64,000 nucleotides of DNA from an uncultured Desulfarculus sp. GTDB taxonomy: Bacteria; Desulfobacterota; Desulfarculia; Desulfarculales; Desulfarculaceae. Position numbers and translations under genes: made by a program. Shown one piece after another: positions 1 to 10,103 of the stretch (the stretch's first letter is position 1; each line of letters starts with the position of its first letter). Under the pieces are notes generated by a model that was given only the letters and a program-made list of their open reading frames with translations, was not told the origin of the DNA and made no database searches. Where the stretch lies: contig CAXXUK010000001.1 in the NCBI GenBank assembly GCA_963665125.2, positions 320,001 to 384,000 of the forward strand, in the 5' to 3' direction.

Positions 1-872
1 ATAACCGGCCGGTCGGTGACTTCCTTGATCTTCTGGGCCCGCCCGACGTTCCAGCCCGGCTCGAACTCGGGCGGCGCGCTGGTCACGCCGCCGGGACTGC
101 CGTGGGTGCCCACCGAGGCATGGAAAACATCCACGCCCGCTTCGACCAGATCCGGGATGATGGTCTGCGTGTCTTCCGACGTAAAACCGCCCCTGATGTA
201 TTCCTCCACCGACAGCCGCAGCATCACCGGGAACTTGGCTCCGACGTTTTTTCTGACTTCCCGGACCACCTCGATCATGAACCGGGCGCGGCTCTTGAAA
301 TCGCCGCCATACTCGTCGGTGCGCTGGTTGCTGATGGCCGACAGGAACTGGGTCAGCAGGTAGCCGTGCGCGCCGTGGATCTCGACAGCGTCGAACCCGG
401 CCTTGACCGCCCGGACGGCCGCCTGACCAAAGGATTCGATGATCATCTTGATCTCGTCTTTGGTCATCTCCTTGGGGGCCATGCCGTAAACCAGACTGGG
501 CAGAGCCGATGGCCCCAGGGCATAGCCTTTTTTCAGGCCGATGTAGTTCTCCCGGCCGGAATGGTGGAGTTGCATGGCCGCCTTGGCGCCGCCTTGGTGG
601 ATGGCTTCCGCAACTTTGGTCAAACCAGGGATAAAGCTGTCATCCCAAACACCTATGCCGATGGCGCCCGTGGGATGAACAGCCGTGATCTCGGTGATGA
701 CCAGACCAATGCCGCCCGAGGCCTGCCTGCTGATGTAGGCAATATTGGCATCGCTGACCGTGGCGTCCCTGTTTTCCAGGTGGCATCCCATCGGCGGCAT
801 GACGCTGCGGTTGGGAATTTCCAAGTCCCCGATTTTTATTGGCGAAAATAGGTGCTTCAAATTGTTTTCCAT
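1..872 (-). CDS. NADH:flavin oxidoreductase, old yellow enzyme / 2,4-dienoyl-CoA reductase family (5' part; runs off the window start)
   Basis: Not in the ORF track. Manual translation from ATG at 872 gives MENNLKHLFSPIKIGDLEIPNRSVMPPM...ASGGIGLVITE...AGFDAVEIHGAHGYLLTQFLS..NQRTDEYGG, which are classic OYE motifs. Confidence 0.93.
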   Translation of the reverse strand, partial: MENNLKHLFSPIKIGDLEIPNRSVMPPMGCHLENRDATVSDANIAYISRQASGGIGLVITEITAVHPTGAIGIGVWDDSFIPGLTKVAEAIHQGGAKAAMQLHHSGRENYIGLKKGYALGPSALPSLVYGMAPKEMTKDEIKMIIESFGQAAVRAVKAGFDAVEIHGAHGYLLTQFLSAISNQRTDEYGGDFKSRARFMIEVVREVRKNVGAKFPVMLRLSVEEYIRGGFTSEDTQTIIPDLVEAGVDVFHASVGTHGSPGGVTSAPPEFEPGWNVGRAQKIKEVTDRPV

Positions 873-974
873 GATTTGTCCTGCGGTTATGGCTCCAGGG
901 AGCTGTTGATTGTTCGTTTGTGTGAGAACTGCCTAATCATAAGGACAGGATGGCGATTGATGCAAATAAAAAAT

Positions 975-986
975 GAACGGACGTTC
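975..986. promoter_or_regulatory. Palindrome GAACG-GA-CGTTC upstream of the OYE gene; candidate repressor operator
   Basis: Perfect 5-bp arms in an AT-rich intergenic region ~100 bp upstream of the start codon. Confidence 0.4.
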
Positions 987-1080
987 GCGATTTATATGGA
1001 GCAGGCCTCAACGGCAGGCCGGGCGCGTGCCGGCATAAGTCCTTGAACGACTAGGTAAACGGAAAACCCAGCAGATAACA

Positions 1081-1117
1081 GCCCCAACAGGCTCCGCTGA
1101 CCGGGGCCTGTTGGGGC
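1081..1117 (-). terminator. Hairpin downstream of maeB
   Basis: 12-bp inverted repeat gccccaacaggc...gcctgttggggc. Confidence 0.6.
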
Positions 1118-1192
1118 GTTGTTTCAAGGCGGGCAGGGCGTTGGCTCTTTGTTGGCGTGAGTCCTTCGGCGCATGCCGAGAGCCGAAGGCCG

Positions 1193-3466
1193 TTACCCAA
1201 ACGCGGGGCCGGACGCCAGATGGATTCCCTGGGCCTGGGCCACGGTAAGGGCGATGACGTTGACCACGTTTTCCATGTCCGTGCCCCTGGGCAATACGTT
1301 GAAAGGCCTGGTCAGGCCCATGAGCAACGGGCCAACCGCCTTGGCGCCGCCCAGGGTTTGCAGCAGCTTATAGGCCACGTTGGCCGCCGAAAGATCCGGG
1401 AAGACAAGCACGTTGGCCGCCTTGCCCAGCCGGTTGAACGGAAAACGCGAGTTCAACAACGCCTCGTCCACCGCCGTGTCGGCCTGCATTTCGCCGTCAA
1501 TGGCCAACTCCGGCATGCGCTGCCTCACCAGTTCCACCGCGCGCACCACCTTTGCCGAATCCGGGTGGCGGGTGCTGCCGAAGTTGGAAAAGGAGATCAT
1601 GGCCACTTTGGGATCCAGGCCGAGGAATTCGGCCTGCTCGGCCGCCAGAACGGCGATCTCCGCCAATTCCTCGGAGTCGGGGTGGATGTTCACCGTGGCA
1701 TCCGCGAAAAGTAGGGTTCTGTGGCGGAAGATCATCATGTATATGCCCGCGACCTTGGCTATGCCCTGGCGGCGGGGGATGACCCACAATACCGGACGGA
1801 TGGCGTCGGGGTAGGAATGGGCAATGCCGTGCACCTGGCCGTCCATTATCCCCTCGCGGACCATCATGGCCCCGAACACGTAGCGGTGCCGAAGTTGGCG
1901 GCGGGTTTCCTCCATGCTCCAGCCCTTGCGGGCCCGGCGCTCATACAGTTTTTGGCAAAACTTTTCATACAGCGGGCTGGTGATGTTGTTGACCACCTCT
2001 ATGCCCGTCAGGGGGATGCCCAAATCAGCGGCCAGGGCGTGGATGCGTGTCTCCTCGCCCAGCAGCACGGGCCTGGCAATACCCTCGACGGCCACGTGGT
2101 GGGCCGCCCGCATGATCACCGGATTGTCGCCTTCGGGCAGAACGATGCGTTTGGGCTGCTGCTGGGCGCGGATGATGATTTTACGCATGATTTCGCGCTC
2201 GGGCCCCAGACGGGCCTCCAGCATTTGCAGATATTCCTGGCGCTCCGGCAGGTTGATCCTGGCCACGCCGCTATGCACCGCCGCTTCGGCCACGGCCGGG
2301 GTCACGGTCAATAACACCCTGGTGTCCAGGGGTTTGGGAATGATGTATTCCGGCCCGAACTGGATCGGTTTGCCGCCATAGGCCCGCACCACCGAGTCGG
2401 GCACGTCCTCCCGGGCCAGCTTGGCCAGGGCCCACACGGCGGCCAGCTTCATCTCTTCGTTGATGGCCGTGGCCCGGGCGTCCAGGGCGCCCCTGAAGAT
2501 AAACGGAAAACCCAGCACGTTGTTGACCTGGTTGGGATAGTCCGAACGGCCCGTGGCCACCACGGCATCGGGCCGGGCCGCCTTGGCCTCGTCATAGTCG
2601 ATTTCGGCGTCAGGGTTGGCCAGGGCGAAGACGATGGGCTTGGGGGCCATGGTGCGCAGCAGATCGGCGGTGAACGCGCCGCCCACCGACAGGCCCACCA
2701 GCACGTCTGCTCCATTGACGGCTTCGGCCAGGGTGCGCAGAGGCGTGTCCTGGGCAAAGTCTTCCTTGTAAGGGTTCATGCCCCTGGTGCGGCCCTTGTA
2801 GATCACACCCTTGGAGTCGACCATGATCAGGTTTTGGGGATGCACGCCCAGCTTGACATATAGTCTTGCGCAGGACATGGCCGCGGCTCCGGCGCCGTTG
2901 ACCACTACGCGCATGGATTCCATGGTGCGGCCGGTGAGTTCGGCGGCGTTTAAAAGGGCCGCCGCCGAGATGATCGCCGTGCCGTGTTGGTCGTCGTGAA
3001 ATACCGGGATGGACATGCGCCGGCTGAGTTCCTGCTCAATATAAAAACAGTCCGGGGCCTTGATGTCTTCCAGGTTGATGCCGCCGAAAGTGGGCTCCAG
3101 GCGCTCGACGGTGCGGATGAACTCGTCGGGGTCGGTGGTGTTCACCTCGATGTCGAATACGTCAAGATCGGCGAAACGCTTGAATAATACGCCCTTGCCC
3201 TCCATTACGGGCTTGCCGGCCAGGGGACCGATGTGGCCCAGGCCCAATACGGCCGTGCCGTTGGTGATCACGCCCACCAGGTTGCCTCTGGCCGTGTAGT
3301 CGAACGAGGCGTTGGGGTCGGCCTGTATCTCCAGGCAGGGCACGGCCACGCCGGGAGTATAGGCAAGGCTCAGATCCGCCTGGGTGCTGCACGGCTTGCT
3401 GGGTATAACCTCGATTTTGCCGGGGCGGGGATATTTATGGTAGTCCAGTGCGTTTTTGGCGTTCAC
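1193..3466 (-). CDS. maeB: NADP-dependent malic enzyme with C-terminal phosphotransacetylase-like domain
   Basis: 757 aa; motifs [46 protein letters not shown] and [21 protein letters not shown]-like C-terminal half (DGEMQAD). Confidence 0.96.
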   Translation of the reverse strand: MNAKNALDYHKYPRPGKIEVIPSKPCSTQADLSLAYTPGVAVPCLEIQADPNASFDYTARGNLVGVITNGTAVLGLGHIGPLAGKPVMEGKGVLFKRFADLDVFDIEVNTTDPDEFIRTVERLEPTFGGINLEDIKAPDCFYIEQELSRRMSIPVFHDDQHGTAIISAAALLNAAELTGRTMESMRVVVNGAGAAAMSCARLYVKLGVHPQNLIMVDSKGVIYKGRTRGMNPYKEDFAQDTPLRTLAEAVNGADVLVGLSVGGAFTADLLRTMAPKPIVFALANPDAEIDYDEAKAARPDAVVATGRSDYPNQVNNVLGFPFIFRGALDARATAINEEMKLAAVWALAKLAREDVPDSVVRAYGGKPIQFGPEYIIPKPLDTRVLLTVTPAVAEAAVHSGVARINLPERQEYLQMLEARLGPEREIMRKIIIRAQQQPKRIVLPEGDNPVIMRAAHHVAVEGIARPVLLGEETRIHALAADLGIPLTGIEVVNNITSPLYEKFCQKLYERRARKGWSMEETRRQLRHRYVFGAMMVREGIMDGQVHGIAHSYPDAIRPVLWVIPRRQGIAKVAGIYMMIFRHRTLLFADATVNIHPDSEELAEIAVLAAEQAEFLGLDPKVAMISFSNFGSTRHPDSAKVVRAVELVRQRMPELAIDGEMQADTAVDEALLNSRFPFNRLGKAANVLVFPDLSAANVAYKLLQTLGGAKAVGPLLMGLTRPFNVLPRGTDMENVVNVIALTVAQAQGIHLASGPAFG

Positions 3467-3608
3467 GCTTCACCTACTTACTATAATTTAATCATTACAA
3501 ATAATGCCGACAAACATCATCATACACATGGAGGCGGCTGTCATCCGAAAAAAGGGCTGGCCGGGATATGCTTGGATAGATGCCTAAAATGGTAGTGATA
3601 TGGTGAAG

Positions 3609-4310
3609 TTAAACGTCTGTTGGGGATTGGTCACCGCCGGGGGAACAATGCACAAGTTGTTGGCAAACTTTCAGCCCCACAACAGCGTCGCTTGCCCAAT
3701 GGGCGGCGCCCACATAGGCGGCCATGTGCTCATCCAGGCAGGTGCCGCCGATGACGATCTTGGCCTTGGGCTCTGGAAGTTGGTCTTGCAATAGCTCCAC
3801 GGCGGCCTTGAGGTTTTCCACGCTGTTGGTAAGCACGCAACTTATGCCGATGACGTCCGGCTTTAATTCCCAGGCCTTCTCCAGGAACACCTGGGCCGGC
3901 ACGTCAACGCCAAGGTCGATGACCTCGAAGCTGTTGCAGTTGAGCAACAGGGCAAACAGGTTTTTGCCCAGATCGTGGATGTCGCCCTGGATGGTGCCCA
4001 GGATGATGCGCCCCGCGCTCTTCCCTTCCTGCTCGGGGGCCGCCAGATACGGCCGCAGAACCTCCATGGCCGAGCGCATGATCTCCCCGGCCATTATCAG
4101 CGCGGCGATGAAATACGCCCCTTCCTCGAACAAGACTCCGATGCGCCGCATGCCCTCCATGTAACAGGCCAGCAATTCCTTGGAGTCCACACCCTCGGCC
4201 AGCATGCCCTGCAATTCGGCCATGCTGTCTTCTTCACGCAACTCCACAATCATGGTCAGGAGCCGCTGCAAACGTTGATCCAGGGCCTCTCGTTCAAGCT
4301 GGTCACTCAT
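3609..4310 (-). CDS. Stand-alone cobalamin-binding (corrinoid) protein
   Basis: Four-helix cap (EGMRRIGVLFEEGAYFIAALIMAGE) plus B12 motif GDIHDLGKN...GISC...GG. ATG at 4310 overlaps the GntR stop codon. Confidence 0.9.
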   Translation of the reverse strand: MSDQLEREALDQRLQRLLTMIVELREEDSMAELQGMLAEGVDSKELLACYMEGMRRIGVLFEEGAYFIAALIMAGEIMRSAMEVLRPYLAAPEQEGKSAGRIILGTIQGDIHDLGKNLFALLLNCNSFEVIDLGVDVPAQVFLEKAWELKPDVIGISCVLTNSVENLKAAVELLQDQLPEPKAKIVIGGTCLDEHMAAYVGAAHWASDAVVGLKVCQQLVHCSPGGDQSPTDV

Positions 4311-5106
4311 CCCAAACTCCAACCTTGCTGATCAGGGGCATTTTTTCATGACTGACAATAAACCAGCCAAAGGCCGCGGGCGTGTCATCGAAATCAAAGA
4401 ACAGATGCTCCAGCTTGAATGCGTTTTCGCCCTCGTTCATGTCGAGCAAACGGGCTTCCTGGGCGTCGAGTTGGGTGGGCAACAGCCGCAGCATTCCGCG
4501 TTTGAAGTTGGAGTAGCCTTCCTGAAAAATGAGCCCGGTGAGGACAACCGTGTCGAGCATGGCTTCGACCGTGGGGGAGCGCGGGTCGAAATTGGTAAAG
4601 GATATATGCAGGGTGAACGGTTCGTTGCGGTGCAGGATGATCCGCTGCACCTTGATGACCGGGCTGTTGTCGTCCAGGCCCAGAACTGCCTTCTCCGGTC
4701 CGGGCGTCTTTTTCACGGAAGCCTCGACAATGCGCACGGCCAGGTTTTCCCGGTCGGCTATTATGGCGCTCAGGGCGTCCAAACCGAAACTGCTGGCGGC
4801 AACGCCTATCTTGCGGACAAAGGTGCCCTTGCCCTGCATCCGGCGCACCAGCCCTTCCTCTTCCAACACGCTCACGGCTTGGCGGGCGGTCATGGCGCTA
4901 ACCCCGTAGGCCTTGGCCAAGGCTGATTCGGCCGGCAGTCGTGATCCGGGCGGGAATTCACCGCTGGAAATTGCCGAGCGCAGGCCGTTGGCCATCTGGG
5001 CATAGGCGGGCAGGCGCGAGGACTTGTCTATGGTGCCTTTAACCATGGGCGGCGGTTCGTTTGCCTGACCCGGATTAAACAAGCCTTTTTGATGGTTGGT
5101 TTTCAC
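4303..5106 (-). CDS. GntR family (HutC/UTRA subfamily) transcriptional regulator
   Basis: wHTH motif PGSRLPAESALAKAYGVSAMTARQAVSVLEEEGLVRRMQGKGTFV, followed by a UTRA-like C-terminal domain. Confidence 0.92.
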   Translation of the reverse strand: MKTNHQKGLFNPGQANEPPPMVKGTIDKSSRLPAYAQMANGLRSAISSGEFPPGSRLPAESALAKAYGVSAMTARQAVSVLEEEGLVRRMQGKGTFVRKIGVAASSFGLDALSAIIADRENLAVRIVEASVKKTPGPEKAVLGLDDNSPVIKVQRIILHRNEPFTLHISFTNFDPRSPTVEAMLDTVVLTGLIFQEGYSNFKRGMLRLLPTQLDAQEARLLDMNEGENAFKLEHLFFDFDDTPAAFGWFIVSHEKMPLISKVGVWDE

Positions 5107-5387
5107 CTAGGCAGCTCCAGACAAACCCGGAATACGGGATTAGTCGCGGCGTATCTCTTTGCCCTTATAGCCAAAAAGGTCATCATTGCTACACTGTCCA
5201 GTAGGAAAGCACCCGAGACCTTTAATATATACGAAAATAAAGCTTCTTTAAAGATCATATTTTTCAAACGGTTATCAGTGTTGTGGGTTTAAATGCCATG
5301 AAAAAGTGTCGAATTTATCATTTTTTTGTGGCAGTCCTCTATAAGACTATAATAATATAAGAATGCAAGAAGCGCTATGGAGGATTC

Positions 5388-6041
5388 GTGACGAGCTTTC
5401 CTTACAAAATCATCACCTGCCGTTCCGTGGCGCCGGTGCTGGAGCAGATGCTGGGCAGTGGCGAGGCCTTGACCGTATTGGACATCGCCCTTCATCTACA
5501 GCCTGACAGGCTGCGCCGGACGCTCATGGAGACGGTGGCGGAACTGGAAATCGACGGTTCCACCATCCTGCTGGGTTACGGGTTATGCGGCCGGGCCCTG
5601 GAGGGCGTGGTGTCGGCCAAAAGCACCCTTGTTTTGCCCAAGGTCGACGACTGCGTGGGTATGCTCCTGGGCTCCCGGACCAGACACCAGCAGACCCTGG
5701 CCGAACATCCAGGCAGCTACTTCATGGAGCCGGCCTGGCTGGAGACTGAACTGAACATCTTCGAGGAAATGAAAAAAGGCCTGGGGCATGTCTCGCCGGA
5801 GCGGCGTAGGCAATTGCTCAGGATCGCCTTGAAACACTACGACCGGCTGGTGATGCTGGAGCGGCCCCAGGGCGACCAGCGAGAGCCTGAAAGGCGCTGC
5901 CGCGCTTTGGCCGGTGAATACGATATGGACTTCGTCCGGCTGGTTCAGGATCTGAGCCTGATGGACAAACTTTTACATGGGCCGTGGGACGGGCCGGATT
6001 TCATCAAGGCCGCCCCGGGTGTGCCGATTCCCTTGTTTTAG
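5388..6041 (+). CDS. DUF1638-type protein associated with corrinoid methyltransferase systems
   Basis: Motifs IITC, LHLQPDRLR, ILLGYGLCG and DDCVGMLLG; RBS GGAGG before the GTG start. Confidence 0.8.
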   Translation: MTSFPYKIITCRSVAPVLEQMLGSGEALTVLDIALHLQPDRLRRTLMETVAELEIDGSTILLGYGLCGRALEGVVSAKSTLVLPKVDDCVGMLLGSRTRHQQTLAEHPGSYFMEPAWLETELNIFEEMKKGLGHVSPERRRQLLRIALKHYDRLVMLERPQGDQREPERRCRALAGEYDMDFVRLVQDLSLMDKLLHGPWDGPDFIKAAPGVPIPLF

Positions 6042-6057
6042 GAAAAGCGAGAAATTC

Positions 6058-6867
6058 ATGATCATCATTGGAGAAAAGATAAACGGCACCCGAAAGGCCG
6101 TGGGCGCGGCCATCCGGGAGCGCAATGCCGAGCATATCAAGCAGCTTGCCCTGGATCAGGTGGCGGCCGGCAGCAACTACCTCGATGTGAACGCGGGCAC
6201 TTCCCCCGAGCGCGAGCCCGAGGACATGGCCTGGCTGGTTGAGTGCATCCAAGCTGTCACCGACTGCCCGCTGTGTCTGGACAGCGCCAATCCCAAGGCC
6301 CTGAAAGCAGGCCTGGATCTGGTGCAAAAAACTCCCATCATAAACTCGGTAAGCGGCGAAAAAACCCGCATCGAGGGCGTGTTGCCCTTGGCCCTGGAGT
6401 ACAAGACCGGCTTGATCCTGCTGGCCCTGGACGACGAGGTGGGCATCCCGGCCACGAGTCAGGGACGCCTGGAAATCGTCCACCGCCTGGCGGGCCTGGC
6501 CAAGGACGGAGGCTTGGCCGAGGATCAGCTTTTCGTGGACCCGCTGGTCACGGCCATCAGCACCGGCGACCGTAACGCCCTGATCACTTTCGACGCCATC
6601 AAGGGCGTGCGCGAGGCCTACCCCGAAGCTCATATCACCTGCGGCCTGAGCAATATCTCGTTCGGCATGCCCCTGCGTTCGCTGATCAATCAGACCTTCA
6701 TGGCCATGTGCATCCAGGTGGGCCTGGACAGCGCCATCATCGATCCCAATGACCGCAACCTCATCAGCATGATGCTGGCGGCTGAGATGCTAATGGGCAA
6801 GGACAAGTTTTGTCAGAAATTCAGCCGGGCCTACAGGTCCGGAAATATTGGACCAAAAAACAATTAA
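6058..6867 (+). CDS. Methyltetrahydrofolate:corrinoid methyltransferase (AcsE/MetH pterin-binding type, MT II)
   Basis: True start at MIIIGEKINGTRK (ATG 6058); motifs LDVNAG, LCLDS, IINSVSGE, FVDPL and CGLSNISFGMP. Confidence 0.92.
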   Translation: MIIIGEKINGTRKAVGAAIRERNAEHIKQLALDQVAAGSNYLDVNAGTSPEREPEDMAWLVECIQAVTDCPLCLDSANPKALKAGLDLVQKTPIINSVSGEKTRIEGVLPLALEYKTGLILLALDDEVGIPATSQGRLEIVHRLAGLAKDGGLAEDQLFVDPLVTAISTGDRNALITFDAIKGVREAYPEAHITCGLSNISFGMPLRSLINQTFMAMCIQVGLDSAIIDPNDRNLISMMLAAEMLMGKDKFCQKFSRAYRSGNIGPKNN

Positions 6868-6885
6868 ACGACTTGGAGACTACAA

Positions 6886-7533
6886 ATGGCTGAACTAAAG
6901 GATTTATATACTGCGGTTGTCGAGATGCAGGAAGACACCGCCCTGCAGCTCACCCAGCAATTGGTGGACGAGGGCAAGCCGGCCATGCAGGTGTTCAACA
7001 CATATCAGGAAGCCCTGGAAGAGATCGGCAAGCGCTTTGAAAAGCAGCTTTACTTCATCCCCGAGTTGATCATGTCCGGCGAAATGATGAAGGCCGGCAG
7101 CGATATCCTCAAGCCCATGCTGACCGCCGAAGAATCGGAAGGCGCTGGAGATTTCAAGAAGCTGGGCAAGGTGCTCATAGCCACTGTCGAGGGAGACATT
7201 CACGACATCGGCAAAAACATCGTAACCATGATGATGGAACTCAACGGCTTTGAGGTACGCGACATCGGCGTGGATGTCCCGGCCGACAAGATCATCGCCG
7301 AGGCCCAGGATTTCGGCGCGGATATCATCGGGCTTTCGGGCCTGCTGACTCTGGCCTTTGACCCCATGAAGCAGGTTGTGGAAAAGCTGAAGGAAGCCGG
7401 CTTGCGGGACAAGGTGAAGGTGATGATCGGCGGCGGTCAGATGGACGAGCAGGTCTGCACCTATGTGGGCGCCGACGCCTTTTGCACCGACGCCGTGGTG
7501 GGCATCAACTACTGTAAAAATTGGTTGAGCTAA
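6886..7533 (+). CDS. Methyltransferase cognate corrinoid protein
   Basis: YFIPELIMSGE cap; ATVEGDIHDIGKNIV, GLSGLLT and IGGG B12-binding motifs. Confidence 0.94.
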   Translation: MAELKDLYTAVVEMQEDTALQLTQQLVDEGKPAMQVFNTYQEALEEIGKRFEKQLYFIPELIMSGEMMKAGSDILKPMLTAEESEGAGDFKKLGKVLIATVEGDIHDIGKNIVTMMMELNGFEVRDIGVDVPADKIIAEAQDFGADIIGLSGLLTLAFDPMKQVVEKLKEAGLRDKVKVMIGGGQMDEQVCTYVGADAFCTDAVVGINYCKNWLS

Positions 7534-7578
7534 GGCCGGGCCTTCGCAACCTACATAATCTTGAAAAGGATAATAGAT

Positions 7579-8913
7579 ATGTTCGAGGGATGGGATAAGA
7601 TGAGCGTCATCGAGCGGCAGGACGCCTTTTTGGCCAAGTGGGCCCAAGGCGAGGGGCTGCCCTTTGAAAGCGACCAAGCCAAGGCCGACTATGCCGAGCG
7701 CTGCATCCTGATGGCCGAATCGCTCCAGTTGAAGAAGTCTCCCAAGCGGGTGCCGATCGCTCCCCTGACGACCTTTGCTCCGCCCCAGATGGCGGGCGTC
7801 AGCGGCAAGCAGGCCATGTACGACCCCAAGGCCGCTGGTCAGTCCTACGTGGACTTCTGCAAGACCTACAAACCCGACCTGGCCGGTGCCGCCCCCATGC
7901 TCATGTACGGGCCGGCCCTGGAGACCCTGCAATATAATCTGTATAAGTGGCCCGGTCACGGCGTTGCCGAACACCTTTCCTATCAATTTCTTGAAAAGGA
8001 ATACATGAAGGTCGACGAGTATGACCACCTGATTGCCGACCCCACCGACTACTGGCTGCGCTCCTGGCTGCCCAAGACCCACGGCGCCCTGGAGGCCCTG
8101 TCGACCATGGCCCCGGTATACGGCACCATGGAATTGCCCATGAGCAGCAACTGGCTGATCAGCCTGGGCACTCCTCCGGTGCAGGAGGCCTTCCAGGCCC
8201 TGCTCAAGGCCGGAAAACAGTGCTTTGACTGGATCAATGAACTGGGCGCGTACATGGCCCAAATCTCCGGCATGGGACACCCCTTCTGCGCCGGCGGCGC
8301 CACCAAGGCCCCATTCGATGCCTTGAGCGACTCTTTCCGCGGCACCACCCCCTTGATGATGGACCTCTACCGCCGTCCGGAAAAGGTGTTGGAGGCGTGC
8401 CAGCGGCTGCTGAAGCCGATGATCGACACCGGCGTGGGCGGCGCGGTTGCCAACGGCAATCCGCTGGTTTTCATACCCCTGCACAAGGGGGCGGACGGAT
8501 TCATGTCCGACGAGCAGTTCCGCACGTATTACTGGCCGACCCTCAAGGCCCTGATGTACGGCCTGGCCGAAGCCGGTTGCGTGCCGGCGTGCTTCGTGGA
8601 GGGTGGATACAACCAGCGACTGGAGTATCTGGCCGAGACGTCCGACATTCGCTGCATGTACCTGTTCGACCGCACCGACATGGCCCAGGCCCGCAAGGTC
8701 CTGGGCGGCAAGGTCTGCATCGCCGGCGGTTTCCCGGTGACGCTGATCCTCACCGGCACCCCGGAGCAGGTCCGCGACGAGACCAAGAAGCTTCTGGACG
8801 AAGCCGCTGGCGACGGCGGTTACGTGTTGAGCATCGGTTGCGCCATGGACGAGGGCAAGGCCGACACCATGAGGGCCTTTGTCGAAGCCGGGCTGGAATA
8901 CGGCAAGTACTAA
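7579..8913 (+). CDS. UroD/MtaA-superfamily substrate:corrinoid methyltransferase (MT I, O-demethylase-like)
   Basis: Motifs APFDALSDSFRG, FIPLHKGADGFMSDEQFRTYYWPTLK, CIAGG and GGYVLSIGC. ATG 7579 follows an AAGGA RBS. Lies within a corrinoid operon. Confidence 0.82.
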   Translation: MFEGWDKMSVIERQDAFLAKWAQGEGLPFESDQAKADYAERCILMAESLQLKKSPKRVPIAPLTTFAPPQMAGVSGKQAMYDPKAAGQSYVDFCKTYKPDLAGAAPMLMYGPALETLQYNLYKWPGHGVAEHLSYQFLEKEYMKVDEYDHLIADPTDYWLRSWLPKTHGALEALSTMAPVYGTMELPMSSNWLISLGTPPVQEAFQALLKAGKQCFDWINELGAYMAQISGMGHPFCAGGATKAPFDALSDSFRGTTPLMMDLYRRPEKVLEACQRLLKPMIDTGVGGAVANGNPLVFIPLHKGADGFMSDEQFRTYYWPTLKALMYGLAEAGCVPACFVEGGYNQRLEYLAETSDIRCMYLFDRTDMAQARKVLGGKVCIAGGFPVTLILTGTPEQVRDETKKLLDEAAGDGGYVLSIGCAMDEGKADTMRAFVEAGLEYGKY

Positions 8914-8931
8914 GCCATAAATCAAGCTGAG

Positions 8932-8953
8932 CGGGCCCGGAAAACCGGGCCCG
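8932..8953 (+). terminator. GC hairpin after the MT I gene
   Basis: cgggcccgg-aaaa-ccgggcccg followed by ttt. Confidence 0.5.
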
Positions 8954-9047
8954 TTTCCAGGATAGCGGCACGGGTCAACGCGCCGACGGGAGAGGTGCGC
9001 CCCGGCCTCCGCAAAGAACAACAACGCAAGCGCAAGAGGAGAAGAGG

Positions 9048-9959
9048 GTGAAGAAGCTATTTAAGATTCGCGTGTTCGCGGCCGCGGCGGTCGCCGCCGT
9101 GCTGGTACTGGCCGGTGCCGGTTCGGCCATGGCCTTCGGCCACTACACCCCGGGTTCACTGGGCCTGAACGCGGCCACCCTGCCGCCCCAGGGCTTCCAC
9201 TACACCATGTACAACATTTTCTACAACGCCGACACCTTGAAGGACAACTCGGGCAATGATCTCCAGGTGGGCATGGACCTCAACGTATTCGCCAGCGTGC
9301 ATCAATTCACCTACATGACCGACTACAAGATCCTTGGCGCCGACTTCGGCTTTGACGCCATCATTCCGCTGGTCTACACCAACATCGAGATCAAGGCCGC
9401 GGGCGTTGATGAAGACACTTTCGGCATTGGCGATTTGTATTTCGAGCCGTTCGTGCTGGCTTGGCACACCCAAAACTGGGATGTGGCCTTTGCCCTGGGC
9501 TTCTACGCCCCCACCGCTGAAAGCGACAAGCCGTCTTCGCCCGGCGCGGGCTACTGGAGTTTCATGGAGACCCTGGGCGCCACCTACTACTTTGACGACG
9601 CCCGCACCTGGACATTCTCCGTGTTGACCCGCTGGCTGCAAAACACCGAGGACCGCGACACCAACATTACCCCCGGCGCGGACGTTGTGGCCGAGTACGG
9701 TTTGGCCAAGGCCTTGCCGGTCAATGACAACTTTATCTTTACCGCCGGTGTGGCGGGCTACACCTATGCCCAGCTCACCGACGACGACAGCGTGGATGAC
9801 GATGAGAAATACTTCGGCAACGCCGTTGGCCCCGAACTGCGGGTTTTGGTGTTCAAGCCCTTTGTCTGGCAGGTCAGCCTGCGCTATCTGTTTGAATACG
9901 GCTGTGAAAACACCACCGAGGGGCAGAATGTCTGCTTAACCTTGATCGGCTCGTTCTAG
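9048..9959 (+). CDS. Outer-membrane beta-barrel channel (SphA / phenol meta-pathway transporter-like)
   Basis: Signal peptide; GHYTPGSLG..AATLPPQG N-terminus, GIGDLYFEP, APT..; amphipathic strands and terminal Phe. Confidence 0.8.
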   Translation: MKKLFKIRVFAAAAVAAVLVLAGAGSAMAFGHYTPGSLGLNAATLPPQGFHYTMYNIFYNADTLKDNSGNDLQVGMDLNVFASVHQFTYMTDYKILGADFGFDAIIPLVYTNIEIKAAGVDEDTFGIGDLYFEPFVLAWHTQNWDVAFALGFYAPTAESDKPSSPGAGYWSFMETLGATYYFDDARTWTFSVLTRWLQNTEDRDTNITPGADVVAEYGLAKALPVNDNFIFTAGVAGYTYAQLTDDDSVDDDEKYFGNAVGPELRVLVFKPFVWQVSLRYLFEYGCENTTEGQNVCLTLIGSF

Positions 9960-9999
9960 CGGTGTGAACATCGCCGGGCCCGTAAACTCGGGTCCTAAC

Positions 10000-10048
10000 G
10001 GCCCGCCGGACGGCGTTTGTCCCCCCCTCGCCGTTTGGCGGGCCTTTT
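10000..10048 (+). terminator. Intrinsic terminator-like hairpin with C-rich loop
   Basis: ggcccgccggacggcg / cgccgtttggcgggcc followed by tttt. Confidence 0.55.
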
Positions 10049-10103
10049 CCTTTGCTTGCGTCCGGGCCGTTTGAGGAATATGTTTTTTTAATGGAGAACT
10101 GTC

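Noticed and set aside
975..986. LexA (Cheo) box reading of GAAC-GGAC-GTTC
   Set aside because: It matches the pattern but precedes a flavin oxidoreductase, not a repair gene; kept only as a generic operator candidate.
6904..9024. 706-aa minus-strand ORF
   Set aside because: Antisense shadow of the corrinoid protein and MT I genes, typical of high-GC codon bias; no protein motifs.
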